In this document: positions 1 through 13,959 of the stretch, piece by piece
Layout of the letters: every line of letters begins with the position of its first letter
How positions within the stretch are numbered: position 1 is the first letter of the stretch
Assembly: GCA_903813345.2 (NCBI GenBank)
Contig: CAIIXF020000001.1
Location: 46,066,001 to 46,130,000, forward strand
Length of the DNA stretch: 64,000 nt
Source of the DNA: Owenia fusiformis
Taxonomy: Eukaryota
Direction: 5' to 3'
Made by a program: the position numbers and the translations under genes
Notes under the pieces: model-generated
Seen by the model: only the letters and a program-made list of their open reading frames with translations
Told to the model about the DNA's origin: nothing
Database searches by the model: none

Positions 1-1380
1 GTGGAGGTTGGGGCAGGGAACTCTGAAAATATTGAAAAATTATAATTTACTATTCTTGTGGTATAATTATCTTAAATCATAATAAAATGTGAAAAGATAG
101 ATTGATGATCTTTGTACTAAAAGTAAAGACACTATAAACATATTTACATGTACATGTTCAAAGAAATCCAAATATATAACATTCATTACTTACTGGGGGA
201 TGGGGAGGGCTTTTTTGCTGCAACTTTCTTCACCAGGACATCCTCACATTTCTTGGGCTTGAACAGAGACTCCGAAGTTGCTGTAGAGGTTGGGGCAGGG
301 AACTCTGAAGATATTGAAAAATTATTATTTAACACGTGAAAAGATAGATTGATAATCTATGTATTGGCATAAATTATACTAAATTCTAATATGATATGTG
401 ACGTCACAATAGCTAGAACAATTGATTTTTTGGTCTATATTGGAGTATGTATGGCCGCTAAAATTCATAAATGCAAATAGTTGTGTTTCTTGTCTGTTTA
501 TCATTTTAGAAGTGTAACAAAGACCTCGATTTTATGATTTATGACAAATATATGACCTCAAATTTTATTCTGGCCATTGCCATATATCACGCCATAAATC
601 ATAAAATCTCGGTCTTAATTCCTTAAATATACTATAATCAGATTCACATATATAGATGTAGTCATGTTAAAAGAAATCCAAATATGTATGTAGCATTGAT
701 TACTTACTGGGGGGTAAGGGGAGTTTCCTTGCAGCAACTTTCTTCACCAAGGTCTTTAGTTTCTCTTGGTGCTGGCTCTTTGTAGATGCACTCACACTCA
801 CAGGGACACTACTGGATTTGCGTCTCATAGTGAAGTACTTCTTTGCTTGGCCAAGAGGAGATTCAGGTTTTCTGATATCCTGCCTAAGTATATACTCTAC
901 ATAATCCTTGTGCTCGGGTAATGTACTTTCGTAAATCTCCTTCCGCGTAAGGGGAGCGAATTTACCAAATCTCAGGATATGGAAACCAGAGTCATTTGTC
1001 TCTGCCACCTTAGTCCTAGCCATATCATCCAGCTGGCGGAGTCTCACCTCATACATCACTTCTGGGAAAGATGACGCATACTGACAAAATTTGTCCTTAT
1101 TGTCCCAGAGGTGAGACACCCGCCTTTCCTTTGGCACTCCTCGCTGCTCCTCCATGATCGACTTGGTCATGGCGACAGCATATCCCATATCATTTTCGAG
1201 CAGCCAAAGAAACCTCTTGCCGAAATATTTCCCAAATTGCATTTCATAAAATGCAATACATGCACTGTCCTTGTCCGCGATGGATTTTCCATTTAGGTGG
1301 GATCGCAAACTGTCCATCGCACGCTTCCTCACAACAGTTGCCTCAGCAGCTAGATGAGACGGTCCTACAGTGGGGGGCAT
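1..1380 (-). CDS. Uncharacterised spliced gene with FGKY..WLLENDxGY N-terminal motif, possibly transposon-borne; 3' end runs off the window
   Basis: ORF 1380-700 ends at a GTAAGT donor, so coding exon 1 is 1380-708 (phase 1). Exon 304-194 (111 nt, phase 1-1) has a CAG acceptor and GTAAGT donor and reads KFPAPTSTATSESLFKPKKCEDVLVKKVAAKKPSPSP. A third homologous exon starts at 22. The QFGKYFGKRFLWLLENDMGY and RFGKF motifs recall the N-termini of DUF6729-type proteins (from memory, not searched). Confidence 0.65.
520..628. mobile_element. Small hairpin-containing repeat end, Crypton-like, in an intron
   Basis: AGACCTCGATTTTATGATTTATG (~520-543) is inverted at CATAAATCATAAAATCTCGGTCT (~593-614) and followed by TAATTCCTTAAAT. 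Confidence 0.3.
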
Positions 1381-1607
1381 AAAGAATTACAAAACCTATG
1401 GAAATTACATGTTGTCGCATATGTAATAAATTCTTACCTCAGTGTATTCAGTGCTCTATTTTCTCCGTCATAGTAAGTCCAGATATAGTGGAATTTGTGT
1501 CCATAATGACAAATAAGAACTTAAAAATTTGATGTGGAATTCACATGTTAATGCCGACTCTTCAAATGTTGAGGTGATTTTGGAGCCAGATTACGCCGCA
1601 ATGTGGG

Positions 1608-1743
1608 TTGGCTCCCAGAATGCAACATGACACGTGTCAGCTTTCAAAATGCCATTCTGCCGTTTTGAAATACGTCACGAATAAATAAGGTTACTTGATG
1701 TTGCATTCTGGGAGTCAATCCTCCTTGGATCACAAACATGGCG
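1608..1743. promoter_or_regulatory. Putative bidirectional promoter with two inverted ZNF143/Staf-like sites, an E-box and a YY1-like site
   Basis: CTCCCAGAATGCAACAT (1612-1628) has a perfect inverted copy at 1698-1714. TGACACGTGTCA palindrome at 1628-1639 and AAACATGGCG at 1734-1743. Lies about 230-360 bp upstream of the ATG at 1380. Confidence 0.5.
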
Positions 1744-1865
1744 ATTCATGAAAACATTAGTCCGATTTGGTAGGGATTTATCCATCATTTGCAGGTATGA
1801 GGCTTTGGATTTATTTATTGTGCTACTTAAAGTGGATGGGAATTAGTTTTCTACCACTTGGGAGA

Positions 1866-2365
1866 NNNNNNNNNNNNNNNNNNNNNNNNNNNNNNNNNNN
1901 NNNNNNNNNNNNNNNNNNNNNNNNNNNNNNNNNNNNNNNNNNNNNNNNNNNNNNNNNNNNNNNNNNNNNNNNNNNNNNNNNNNNNNNNNNNNNNNNNNNN
2001 NNNNNNNNNNNNNNNNNNNNNNNNNNNNNNNNNNNNNNNNNNNNNNNNNNNNNNNNNNNNNNNNNNNNNNNNNNNNNNNNNNNNNNNNNNNNNNNNNNNN
2101 NNNNNNNNNNNNNNNNNNNNNNNNNNNNNNNNNNNNNNNNNNNNNNNNNNNNNNNNNNNNNNNNNNNNNNNNNNNNNNNNNNNNNNNNNNNNNNNNNNNN
2201 NNNNNNNNNNNNNNNNNNNNNNNNNNNNNNNNNNNNNNNNNNNNNNNNNNNNNNNNNNNNNNNNNNNNNNNNNNNNNNNNNNNNNNNNNNNNNNNNNNNN
2301 NNNNNNNNNNNNNNNNNNNNNNNNNNNNNNNNNNNNNNNNNNNNNNNNNNNNNNNNNNNNNNNNN
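1866..2365. other. Assembly gap (500 N)
   Basis: Run of 500 N; a round number typical of a scaffolding gap of unknown size. Confidence 0.99.
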
Positions 2366-5300
2366 AACAAAATGGGATAAATTCGATTTCATTGGAATTT
2401 ATCTAAATAAAAGATGCACAACATATCACAATAGAAAATTATGGGAGAATAATGTAAACCACACTATGACCACGCCAAACGTAACACTATATACAATCAA
2501 AAATTGAAAATTGGCAGACATATCATTGTCATCAACCTGCCGACTTTAGATCACTAATTGTGTTTTACCTACACTCACCTATCAACGCATACATAATGGT
2601 AATTAATCTCATTATAATCAGGCCCATTACCTCTAATCAAGAAATATGATATCAAAATAGTTTCAAAAAGAAAAGGCACATCAGCCTTTCTGTTTTAGAG
2701 AATCACACGCAAATAGGAACTGTGATTAAATTGTATATGTTGTCATGTCTAAAGATTAACAAGATCCTATGTATGCAACTATACTAAGACCAAACGAGAC
2801 AATGCTAGGTATATATTAATTAAGGTAACTCTTACCTGTAACACACTTATCATCTTAACTTGATCGTCCAGGTGCATATGTATAATTACGAAGTACAACA
2901 GTTATAATCCTAATTTAGTTTCTTTTTTTATTCTTCACGATTTTCTCTTGTCAAATGACGTTGTATCCCCTCGAGATTTTTATACAATTTGAAAAATATG
3001 ACCAAGGGGTACGTTTCCTTAACTCCAGATCACGTGACTTTAATACACAGGTAAAATACTTCTAGGTAATTGTAATTAACTGTTTATAGTTGTGTTTTGT
3101 AATCTTGTCGGCGCAATTGTCACTTGCCGTCTAAGTCGATTATACTAGCCAATTAAGTTTTCTTAAGATTTTTTCGCAATCTTCCAGTCTGTTTTTCCTT
3201 CTCGACGGGGCAATGTTGTTTTAAGTAATGACTGGTCAGCGTGTATGGGCCGAAGTTCGTTATCACACGGCCACGGTTGAATGGTTTCGTCACCCACTCG
3301 CACCCATCACTTCCCTTGATAACTTTATGATAACAACCGAACATGATAGATAGCCAATCGAAATTGGGGGAAATTATAGTCCATGGTCATTTGTAGGAAA
3401 AGATGACAGAATAATAGCGGTGGATAGATATCTAATTCATGGTGGGACGTTCATGACATTCATCATCATATAAGTCGCAACTATTATCTTTCCACGCCAT
3501 ATGATAAATGAACATTTTTAATGTTTTAATTACGTAGCTTTGAACATTTATCTACTTTTGTGTGGCATGCTCCGAAACTTGTCGAATAGGTTTAGAGAAA
3601 AGAGTAACAATATTTATGACAGAAGCTGACGACCACATAAAACACCCTTAACCAGGGTCATTATTCAAATTTACCTATTTGAAATTCCAATAAAAACCTT
3701 AAAATTGGATGAACCGTTTTCAGTTTCAAAACCGTAGAACATGAAAAGAATTTTATTTCAAGATAATTCGAGTTTTCATTGTCAGTGGTATTTTGGGGAA
3801 TCTTTAATTTTTGTCATTAGTCTTGAAATTGGCAATTTCTACATATTTCCTGCTTTCATTTGACATATTGAACTTATTTAAAAATCGTCTAGAGTTAAAA
3901 GATATAATAAAAATGTGCAAAAAGTTGGAAATAAATTGAACTTTTTGGTGTAGTTATGAAGTGATTTTGTGGTTTATAAATAAATACCTGAGCAGATTTG
4001 GAGTAAATGAAAGATTTAGGAACATTAACAAAGTGTAAAGGCAGCTAATAGCCACGGATCCTTCCATAACCCCGAAAGAAAACAATATTTTGTATAGGGC
4101 CCATGTATGGCACAAGGCTGGATTACATTTCGAACGTTTTACCCCATGCTATTTGTTGGTTTAGCTTGCACCGAACCCTGTGTTTGTTATTGAAAACTAA
4201 GTATCTCAGAAAGATTTCTCTAAGTCACTTAGACCCTCTTAGAAATCAACACAGTTAATGTTGTCAAAAACTTGACGCCATAGCAGCTTAAAGTTGGCTT
4301 TAGTGAAATACAGGTAAATCAGATATAAAAGGATTAACAATTTATCACATTTAAAACAGTAATCACGTCGCGTGTGTGGCTATTATACTGGTAATTATCA
4401 ATGCCAAACAAGTGTCAAACTTATCCTAGACGATTCGATCGTGATTAAAAGTTAATCCCGTCTTGAAATTGTTTTATTTGTATTTTTTCCAAGTAATCCG
4501 GCACATTCACCTCTACCTGTGTAATAGTTCTTAATACAGTGCTGCACCAGAATTTTTAAAATCCAAACCCATGTGATTTCTTCTTTCCATTTCCGTGATT
4601 CAGATTCAATGGTAAACTGGGCGTAGAGAGCTTTTACCTGTGTGTGGACTGTGGATATGGAATGCTCCCCGAAGTCCCCGATAGAATTAATCTGGAATAT
4701 TTTGCATTGAATCGTTAAAAAGTCAGTGTCTCAAACGATCAAACAATTCTTTCTTTGTTTAAGTTCCTGAAACTGAGGTTGATAATGCTAAGTACATGAT
4801 GTGATGAAAGTTGGCTTGTCTGAAGCTGTTACTTTTAGATTATAACAACAAATACTGTAGTGTAGAATTATGCTTTCACGATAAGTGATATGTGTTGAAG
4901 AGTCACGTGGCATTCTATCCTGCCCCTTTTCATACTGCCTTGGGGTAGTTTATGTTTCTAAATTATTAAATGATCATGAAAGATTCATGATCTGAGTAAG
5001 AAAATGTTCAGACTAAACATGAAAACTATGAAGAGAGACTTTGCATTTAAGAATTTCATCTAGTATGTACATGATGTATATCATCCTTTTTATTTTCTTT
5101 AACTGAAATGAACAAAATTTAAATGAAATGCATTTTTCTAAAAGGGTGCATTTTGTCAAGTTTTAAAATGCTTATGTGTATTGTCAATACAAATTTTTTT
5201 TTTAATATTTAATATATGTTATAGCGTAACGTCATCACATACTCGGCATCCCACAACGGTGGCAGGGTTGTATTAGCTCAAGAATCAATAGGACATCTCT

Positions 5301-8300
5301 CCTAATCTATATTTTTTCAGTTTGTGAAAAGATTTTTAAAAAATCAATTCATATAATATAATATAATTTTTGAATCCCTGTTACGGTCAAAGGGCACATC
5401 ATTTTATATTGATTTTCTTGATCTGACAAAGCTCCAATCGAAATTCATGCACTTGAATGTTTCTCATTTCTTCCGCTAGGGGCAGCACCTTACGGGCCTA
5501 AAATAAAATACTATATTATGAAGTACATGGTTTGTCCGTCTTATACTGAAGCTAAGTATGTCCACATAACACAGACTTTATTTCCTACATTTGCATATAG
5601 AATTATGATCTTTTTTATGTTTTGTATATTGTGGTCTTTTCAGTATTTATGCCATATTTAAGTCATCAAAGAGCAAGTTGCAGCAACGTCGAACCTTCAA
5701 GAATCCAAATATTTAAACATAGAACCATTGTTTAGGATAACAATGATAGTAATTCTGATTCAAGTTGTAACATATCCCCCAAAGCAAATGGTTATCTATA
5801 AACATTGTTCTTTGCGTGTTAATTGATTAATCACTCACCCCTGACTGGCTTAGGAATTCCACTAAGACAAAAGTTCCCCGGAATCGTAAAATGTGTTCAT
5901 GACTGTTTCTTGGGGGCAGAAACGTCTGTAGTGAAAGCCCCTGGGCTGCTAGCTGATTGGCCCTTATTGGTGTAACATAACGATTTGAGCTAACATTCAG
6001 CCCTTTGAGAGAGCAACCTAAGCTTATTTGTTCATGGGTATAACGAGAATTGCCCCTAGAAATATAGAAATCCAATCTGACAGAACCAACAGATGAAAGA
6101 ACCAACTCAGTTATCACAAAACTACTTCGACAACTTTTATAAACCCCATTAACATTCTTTTAACATTTTACGCGATTTTTTCTGACGGATTCTTCAGAAT
6201 AAATTCAGAATAGAGGGGTACAATATCAGATTAGGAAGGCATGAAAAAATCAGTCGGTGGGTGGTTATGGTTGGTTTGCAACTTGTTAATAAGATGCATT
6301 GTTCACGTCACACTATGTTGAGCTACATCGATCTAAGGAAAATAATCTCGAGGCAAAATCAAATCAGAAAATGTACCAGAAAAACTCTATTATGTTGGTG
6401 TTTAGAAATAACATTTTTTGCCAGAAGTGTTTTTGACAATGTTTACTATCTTCTGGCTAAAACAGTAAGTTACATCACTAATAAAAACGAATATATCTCC
6501 TTCAATCAGCCAACAACCTGTGAATCAACGCTATCCCGACGTCTTTCCAATTTCTGTTATCTCATTTGACATTTTTTGCAAAAATAAATTACACCAATAT
6601 AAAGTAATCAAGAAATTAGAAAGAGCATGTGTAGTAGGAGAACGCGAGTATGTTTTATGAATAATGGTTGCATTAGTTAAGACAAAAAGCTATTAGTGAA
6701 TGACACCAGGTGAAATTTCCATCCATCTTTTATAAAGTTTGCAATTAAAAATACCTATACAGATAGGACGACTGACAGTGACCAGAGGCTATGCCAATGG
6801 CACTATCTATCTTGATGAAACCAATTGGTCCTAATTAAAGGTAGCCATCATAGAACTACATAATATACACATTAGCTTCAAACTCGTCAGTTTCTCTTAA
6901 TTACGAAAATATATAAGTTATAATTAGCTATTTAGTAATGTTAAAAATACAAGTCAAGAAATGAGCAATGCAAACAGAATCTAACTTATATAAAGAAGCC
7001 AGTACTTTGAGTTCATACAGTTTAAAAGAAAACACTGGTTTGTACTTATTTTCCTGACGTTTTTAATATGAAAATGGTTACTAGAATCGCCACTTCTCGG
7101 TCTGGCTATTGTTTTCTCAACAAACTCTGGATCAATGTCTTTATGGAAGTCCTTATACAAACTGGGAGGTTTCATCTGAATGGAGCACTTGAGACAAATA
7201 TGAAACTGACAAGGAAATGCTAACCAGAAGCAGAAAATCTAAAACTGTTCATAAAACATGTAAACAATTCCAATTGCAATATAAACACATAGCCTAAACT
7301 TCCACATATTGATAAGCTGGTACAAGTTTTCTCAATCATCTCATCGCTTCAAAGTATACGTCATCTCAAAATATTAAAGAAATAAGTACGCGTTTTTGAT
7401 GCTGTATGGTTTGTACTTAGATGTATGATATATGTTAAAGGCGCCAATGATGAGCTTAGAATTACATCTGACAAAAAAATAATATTTCTACACTTGCGTC
7501 CCAAATTAGATTTTATCTTCATTTAATCATTTTTATCTTCGTTGCAAATTGTTTTAATCTTGTAAGCCGGTAATAAGATAAAGCCATCGGGCCTTTGAAA
7601 AATAAATGAACAAAAAACGAAATTTGTTTTCCAATTATCAGAAGTCAAACTCTGTCGTCAGTTATCATCATTTACACTGTAGCGAGGTCTCATGAATTTT
7701 TATCATATTTTGTTTTGTTACAGTTTCAATAAAGCTGAAAGTCGCAGTGCTGTTAATTGATTTTCTGTTAGTTCTTTGGTGACGTATTTGCTGTTAATTA
7801 ATTTTTCATCACAATCAAACTGTGAATGTTTCAAGTGAACCATAAACAAGCTGATCTTTCACACTTGCTTTCTGGGAACAAAATACCACAAAATCGTCTG
7901 CTAAAAATTAATAATTGTTTTTCTAATGGTGAAAATAATCAAAAATTTCCGATTAAGTACACTGATTTACTGTTTGATTAACGTTCTGTAAAAACAATCA
8001 AAGTGAAAGTTCTTAGATCCAAAGATAAAAAAGTCTAAGATGATTTGTGATATATCAATAGTGTCTGACTTTGTTTACAGACAGAGAACTAAAGACACAT
8101 TCATCATCTAAGACAATGGAATGACCATTACGTGTGCCCAGTGATTGTCTTTCATTTAGTCAGGTCTGGAATAGCACATGCTAATTCTGCATAATCCTCT
8201 TAAGTTTCAAATCCATTGTTAAACGTGATTTAAATTTTTAATAAATGTAAAAGAGCATTAGAAGTAAAATTGTCAAAGATGTTATGCGGGGATTGATGAT

Positions 8301-11259
8301 ATTTTCTCTAGATACAAGGATAAAATCTTAGAGTCTATCTTGAACCTATGAGTCTCTTGGTTCCATCTGCATGATGCGATGTTTAGCCAAGTTTGCGGTC
8401 TGACGCGTCTGTGTAGCTTCACCACACACTTAAGCAACGATGACTCTATCAAATATACATTTGTGGTGATATCCACTCATAGTTTCGATTTTATTCAATT
8501 TACAACGCATGTCTTGTTTTTAGGAAAATATCTGAACTTGGTAAAAAAATTAGTGATGTTGTTTCACAAATAACCTATGAGATTTAAGACACCTCAGCTG
8601 TGAATAGGTACTTGTAATTTAAAGAAGAAATTATAAATGATTCAAAGGTTTTTGTTTAATTTGTTTATGTAGCATTTAAGTTATCAAACACGGCATGAAA
8701 TACCGCTAAATAAAATGACCAAAAGATTTTGGTTGTCAATACGTTTTTGAATTAATTGACAAGCAGCGTATGATTAAAGAAATGATTGTTGAAAGATGCT
8801 ATATTCACTCCAATTTCCACTTAACCGCCATGCAGTCTTACTGCTATAACAACATCGCGCTTTTCAGAAATTCAAAGAGTCTGATTTCCAATACGTCTTT
8901 TGAATACAGAAATACATGAATTGAATGTAAAATATCTAATAGACCAAAGTCTTTAATTAGCGTCACATGACTATTGCGCCCCCTTTTTACACAAAATGAT
9001 ACCAATGTAAAAGAACGCTGGTCTATGGGCAAAGCTTAATCTAAATCTGGCCACCAAATTTGTATTTCCATCAGTAAAGTACCATCGCCGCTTCACTAAC
9101 AGAGAGTATCCCTTGTGAGATAGATTCACTTTATAATACCATCTTGTAGAAATAACTCTACCTCGAAGCTAGGTTTTCTAAAATTGATAATATTCTACGA
9201 TTAATTGGTCGAATAAAATTCAATAAACAATCCGAACCCACTGGCTAAAGGATCGACTATGAATGATACGGTAAAGAACATACGAAATGGAATCCCTGCA
9301 GATGGACATCTCAGTATTGTGATGTATCTCCCTCAAACGTCCGCTTTCTCTCCTCTTTCAAAGCTATTTTTGAATTTGAAGAAACGTTCATATTATACAC
9401 TAAGAGGTGATGATTACAAATTATTTTTCTCAAAAGAATCATTCGGCAGAAAATTTATATAAACTGTCTATGAAGAGAGATTCTTATTTTATCAAGCGAT
9501 GTAGAAAATAGCTTTGTAGACCCGACTCTATTATCTCAGAGGAAGATATGGCTCGAGGTCCTAATTTCTAGGGCTGAGATTGCTTTGCGTCCTTTAGAGT
9601 ATAGAGAACGTTTGAAGCAATAAATATAACCTCCAAGTTGAATCCTCAACGGGATGCTGGGATGAAAAGATCAGTAGCAGCAAGATTTTGATAGTTTGGA
9701 CCACTGGTTTAACATACTCCGCTGCATCCATTGGTTCTCCTCTTCAAAACGTTGATATCACGAAATCTGAGCTAGCTACGCTTCTATTTTTTTCAATTAA
9801 ATATCCTATTTGGTGTACAGCGTTTCCAGAGAGAATTAACAGTGTTATATTAAGCTTAATGATAAAGAATAATTATCTAAATCTAAATCATATATTTATG
9901 CAGTATCATATAGCTGTAAATGATTTTAAATTAGAGTCATCGGATAACTAAATGGCAACGGGGCCAACACTTTTCCGAATTGAAATAAAAGGTTTCTATC
10001 TAATGAGCGTGTTAACTAAAATAACAATTAAATTGAATAAACCAGCTAAAGAAGAATGGAGAACAATTAGAATTCGACACCTTAGGAACTCCATCATAAA
10101 ACAACACTTCCATGATACATAGTCGTTGGTTCATTCGTTCTAATCCTCATTAGCTAAAAGAACGCACGCTTTATGTGATTGCGTCGCCTCTCTTCGCATC
10201 TCCACATCATTTGTTAATTAAAGAACAAGTGAACTAGGGGTAGATCGTATTTCTCTTCTCTTTGAATGCAGTGAAATTCAAGTTACTCTAATTGATGATC
10301 GCACCAGGGAAAGCGAAATTATAATTTTGTTATTTTCAAAACGTTTGTTTCTGGGGACGTGTATTGGTTAGGGACTGTTAGGGGGTATCAACAAATTTGA
10401 TATAGTTTAGGGGTTTAGTAGCCCATGTGTGTGTAATACACACCATTGTGGGTTGTAAATATCTGAAATAGCCAGGGGGGCAATCACCCCATTGTTGAGT
10501 ATGTTTGTGTTTTAATCTAAAAGAGGTTTGTATGAAACGTCAGCAAAATATGTATACTAAAAAGAAAATAGCCTATGGACCTTACTAATGTCAAATCAAC
10601 ACAAAATAATCTTGTTCGAAAACAAATTGTATTTTTAGTTTTTTAAAGAAAGGCCCTAGAGAATGTGTCTATATTTCCTATGTGTACATTCCATTAACAA
10701 AGGTTAACATCACACGAGAATAAAAGATTGTGTGTGTTAGACACGATAAGTCAGCAAACGTGTTTTGCTGTCAAAACTTTAGCCGGAGGAGCTGCTCGTT
10801 TCATAGCTATATCACTTGATTTATGGCCCTCATTGTCGTTTAAAACAATGCTTGATGAGAAAACCTGTAGAAAGGTACTAACTATGTGTGTACATTATCA
10901 TTATTTAAAATAAATTACACACTTTGTTGGCGTTGCCATCTTGTTTTGGAGGTAATAACTGCCACAAAATTCTAAATAACTACAATTACAACTGAGTAAT
11001 TTTAAAATTCAGCAAATTAAGTTTTAAACTTACTTTTGAAATATTTAGTGCCATCGTAGCGTGTTATTAATAGAGCAATGTTTGTTAATATGAGTGAATT
11101 GTTAATACATACATTTTTCTAAATTAACTGCAATTATAACCAAATAATTTGAAATTTTAACAAATTAAGTTTCAAACGTGCACCTTTTATAGGTCAGTAG
11201 AAATTTTAATGTTCTTTAATATGCGTACACATTTTGAATTTCAGCAGTCGACGATTGTT

Positions 11260-11345
11260 AATATGATATTATATGATATGAAATGCTTTGATATGATATG
11301 ATATGATATAATCTAATATGATATGATATTATATATGATATTATC
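11260..11345. repeat. (ATATG)n degenerate microsatellite
   Basis: Repeated ATATG/ATGAT units. Confidence 0.8.
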
Positions 11346-13959
11346 ATGAAACGTCTAGTGTATACATGTATATATAATAGAATATCATGTTAAAACATCT
11401 GGCTTGATGGTATATCCTACTAATTAAATGCTTACTATCATCTATAACAAGGTACATTTGGTGTTAAGTGCTCTCAGATGCAAACTCAGGATTTCTCTGA
11501 TAGCATAATAACAACTTCCTTGGCTTTTATAAACTTCGTTGACATCTCCACACTTATGAACCTTCTATATCGGTTAAGATCACATTTAACGTAATTAAGA
11601 TCTACAATTTCTGTAATGGTTTACAAAGATCAAGAATGGCCACGGTATAGGTACTCGGGAAAACGGACTTTTTTACCCTGCGCTCAGAGTCTAGAGTTAT
11701 AAACGAAGACAAGCTCTCTTTTAAGAATTGTGAAGTCGAACGAATGCAAAGGGTGGGGCTTTTTCAATCAGTTTTTAAATCAAAATTTATCGAAGATTGT
11801 TTTAACAACAAGTTGTTGTTGTCGAAGTAATAGGTGCTCTATATGATTGTCTGTCCAGGTATTTTCATGTTAACCTGTCTTGAATTTACTAAATAATAGA
11901 TATCTACAATTTCTAATTATGACAGTTAGAAATCGAAACTTGAAGTTAGTTAAAATAGCAGCACCCAAGGGGCACGAGGAATTGCGTAATGCCTATTAGC
12001 ATATGCAATATTATCCAAGTCTTATTAAAGTTGCGGTAAATTAGCGAAATATCTTTATATTTCCAAGTTGAAATATGATTCAATTTAGTCTACCAATGAC
12101 CTAGATTTGTGCCGAAGAAAGTTTCATATAACGCAGATTGTCTGTGATTTTTTCCACTTTACTTTCATTGTGATGCTCTTCGTTTAGGATTTCGTCGGTA
12201 TCATCATCAGCATATGTCTAAGTACTAATCACAGCTAGGTAGCCGGCGGAGGGTGTTGTAGTATTTTGTTAAAGGGTCTCTTTGAAGTGTGGGAGAAATT
12301 GACACCGAATAGAGCACTCGTGTTTTCCAGTGTCCTCTTGTCCCGAAGGCCTTTGAACTAACTGTGTTTCACGACAATCTGGACCATTCTAGTCGACAAT
12401 AGCTTATAGAGATGCTAAAAGACAAGATGATCTTAACCTTGTCAACAATGTCTTTGATCTTCTCAGGTTGCGGTAAATAAGCGAACAAAATGAAACCTTC
12501 AATAGGTGTTCGGATGAGTCCGACTTGCAAAGGCTAACAATCAAAATAATTTTCCGAACTGAAAATCAATTAATATCGGAATAATGATGTGAACTAGAAA
12601 AAATCCCACCCGAAAGCCATAAAATTGCATTTAATTGCTCTGATCAAAATATATTGAGTGAGTGAATGTTCCCTTTAAGCTAAATAGAAATAATATCAAT
12701 GAATAATTATGATACCCGCTAATTGTATCCAAATGAACTTATGGTTTTGCTCATCCAAATACAGTAGTGTAGGGGTCCGTCTATATCTTGATATAGGGTT
12801 TGTGTGCTTTGTGGAAGAAAACTAAAGAATCCTATCAAAATGCTGTAAAAAGCATGTTTCTCTGATAAATCCAAAATGTTTATCAAGAACGAGTAAAGAA
12901 CTGCAATATAGTGATTTGATATGTTTTACAAGATAAAGGGGAAATAAAGCCCCGTCACTGTGGTTTGTTACGGATTTGATACACTAAGAGTAAGAAGCAA
13001 GGTATCACTATATTGAAATCTATCCACTTTCCCTCATCCGGAATACTTTAACTACTGTCTACAAAGGTAATTAAGGAACATCAATTTTTGCTTTGCAGAT
13101 AATTTATTCCCTTATGCCTTCAAGACATTCCTGTCCAGGTTATACTAATACAAATTCTTAACAAAACATTTGCGTCGGAAATCCACTAATAACTCCGAGT
13201 CATTAGAACTGAATTAGAGAAATTGAACGGAATAATTTCTAACGTGAATATATCAGAAATCGCAAGATTTAATGAGCTAATCAAACTAAGAGTAACACAA
13301 TTCTCAAAAATCATATGCAAAATTGGAGATAATGAATTGGTGAAATTAATAGAAGAAACAATTACTTCTGCTCGAATATCTCTGTATTCTAGCTTACGTA
13401 ATACAAATACAATGAATAAAAGGATCAAATATGGTGAATATGTAGATTATTTCTCATTTGGGATTATCCGCAATTCTCTTAACCAAGTTACAGAGTTTTT
13501 TAAGTTCTCTAACTCGCATCTGATTCAATTTTCACAAATTCATTCATCAAATTCGAGAGAAAATCTGGTATATTGAGCTTGAAGTGGATCAGCTAAATTA
13601 TCAACACTTTTTTATTTGAAAAATTACAGAGTGGGGTCATCTGAAATATACAGCAGGGGTCACTGACTTAATGAAGAGCCACCGGCAGTTTTGGTTTCTT
13701 GGTGTACGATGGACGTAAGATTTGTATCAGTGAGGAGTCGGAAAATGCTGCAAAATGAAAGTCAGAGAATCTTTTAAGAAGTTCTGGATTTCTACACGAT
13801 GATTAATTTAATTTTTGCGCACGTTTTCAGCGTCAAATATTTAAACATTTCAAATGTGTCCTAATCTGCTATTTCGGATTGACATGGGGATTTGACGCAA
13901 TTATGATTGGCATCGTGGAAATGAATATTTTATTTTGTCATCAGTAATATATATGAATT

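Noticed and set aside
1767..2507. Four long ORFs spanning the N run
   Set aside because: Artefacts of translating the assembly gap.
3153..3344. 63-aa ORF in a locally GC-richer patch
   Set aside because: No recognisable motif or splice context on either strand.
12150..12470. Possible Penelope/GIY-YIG remnant on the minus strand
   Set aside because: Only a vague resemblance with no intact catalytic motif; needs BLASTX.
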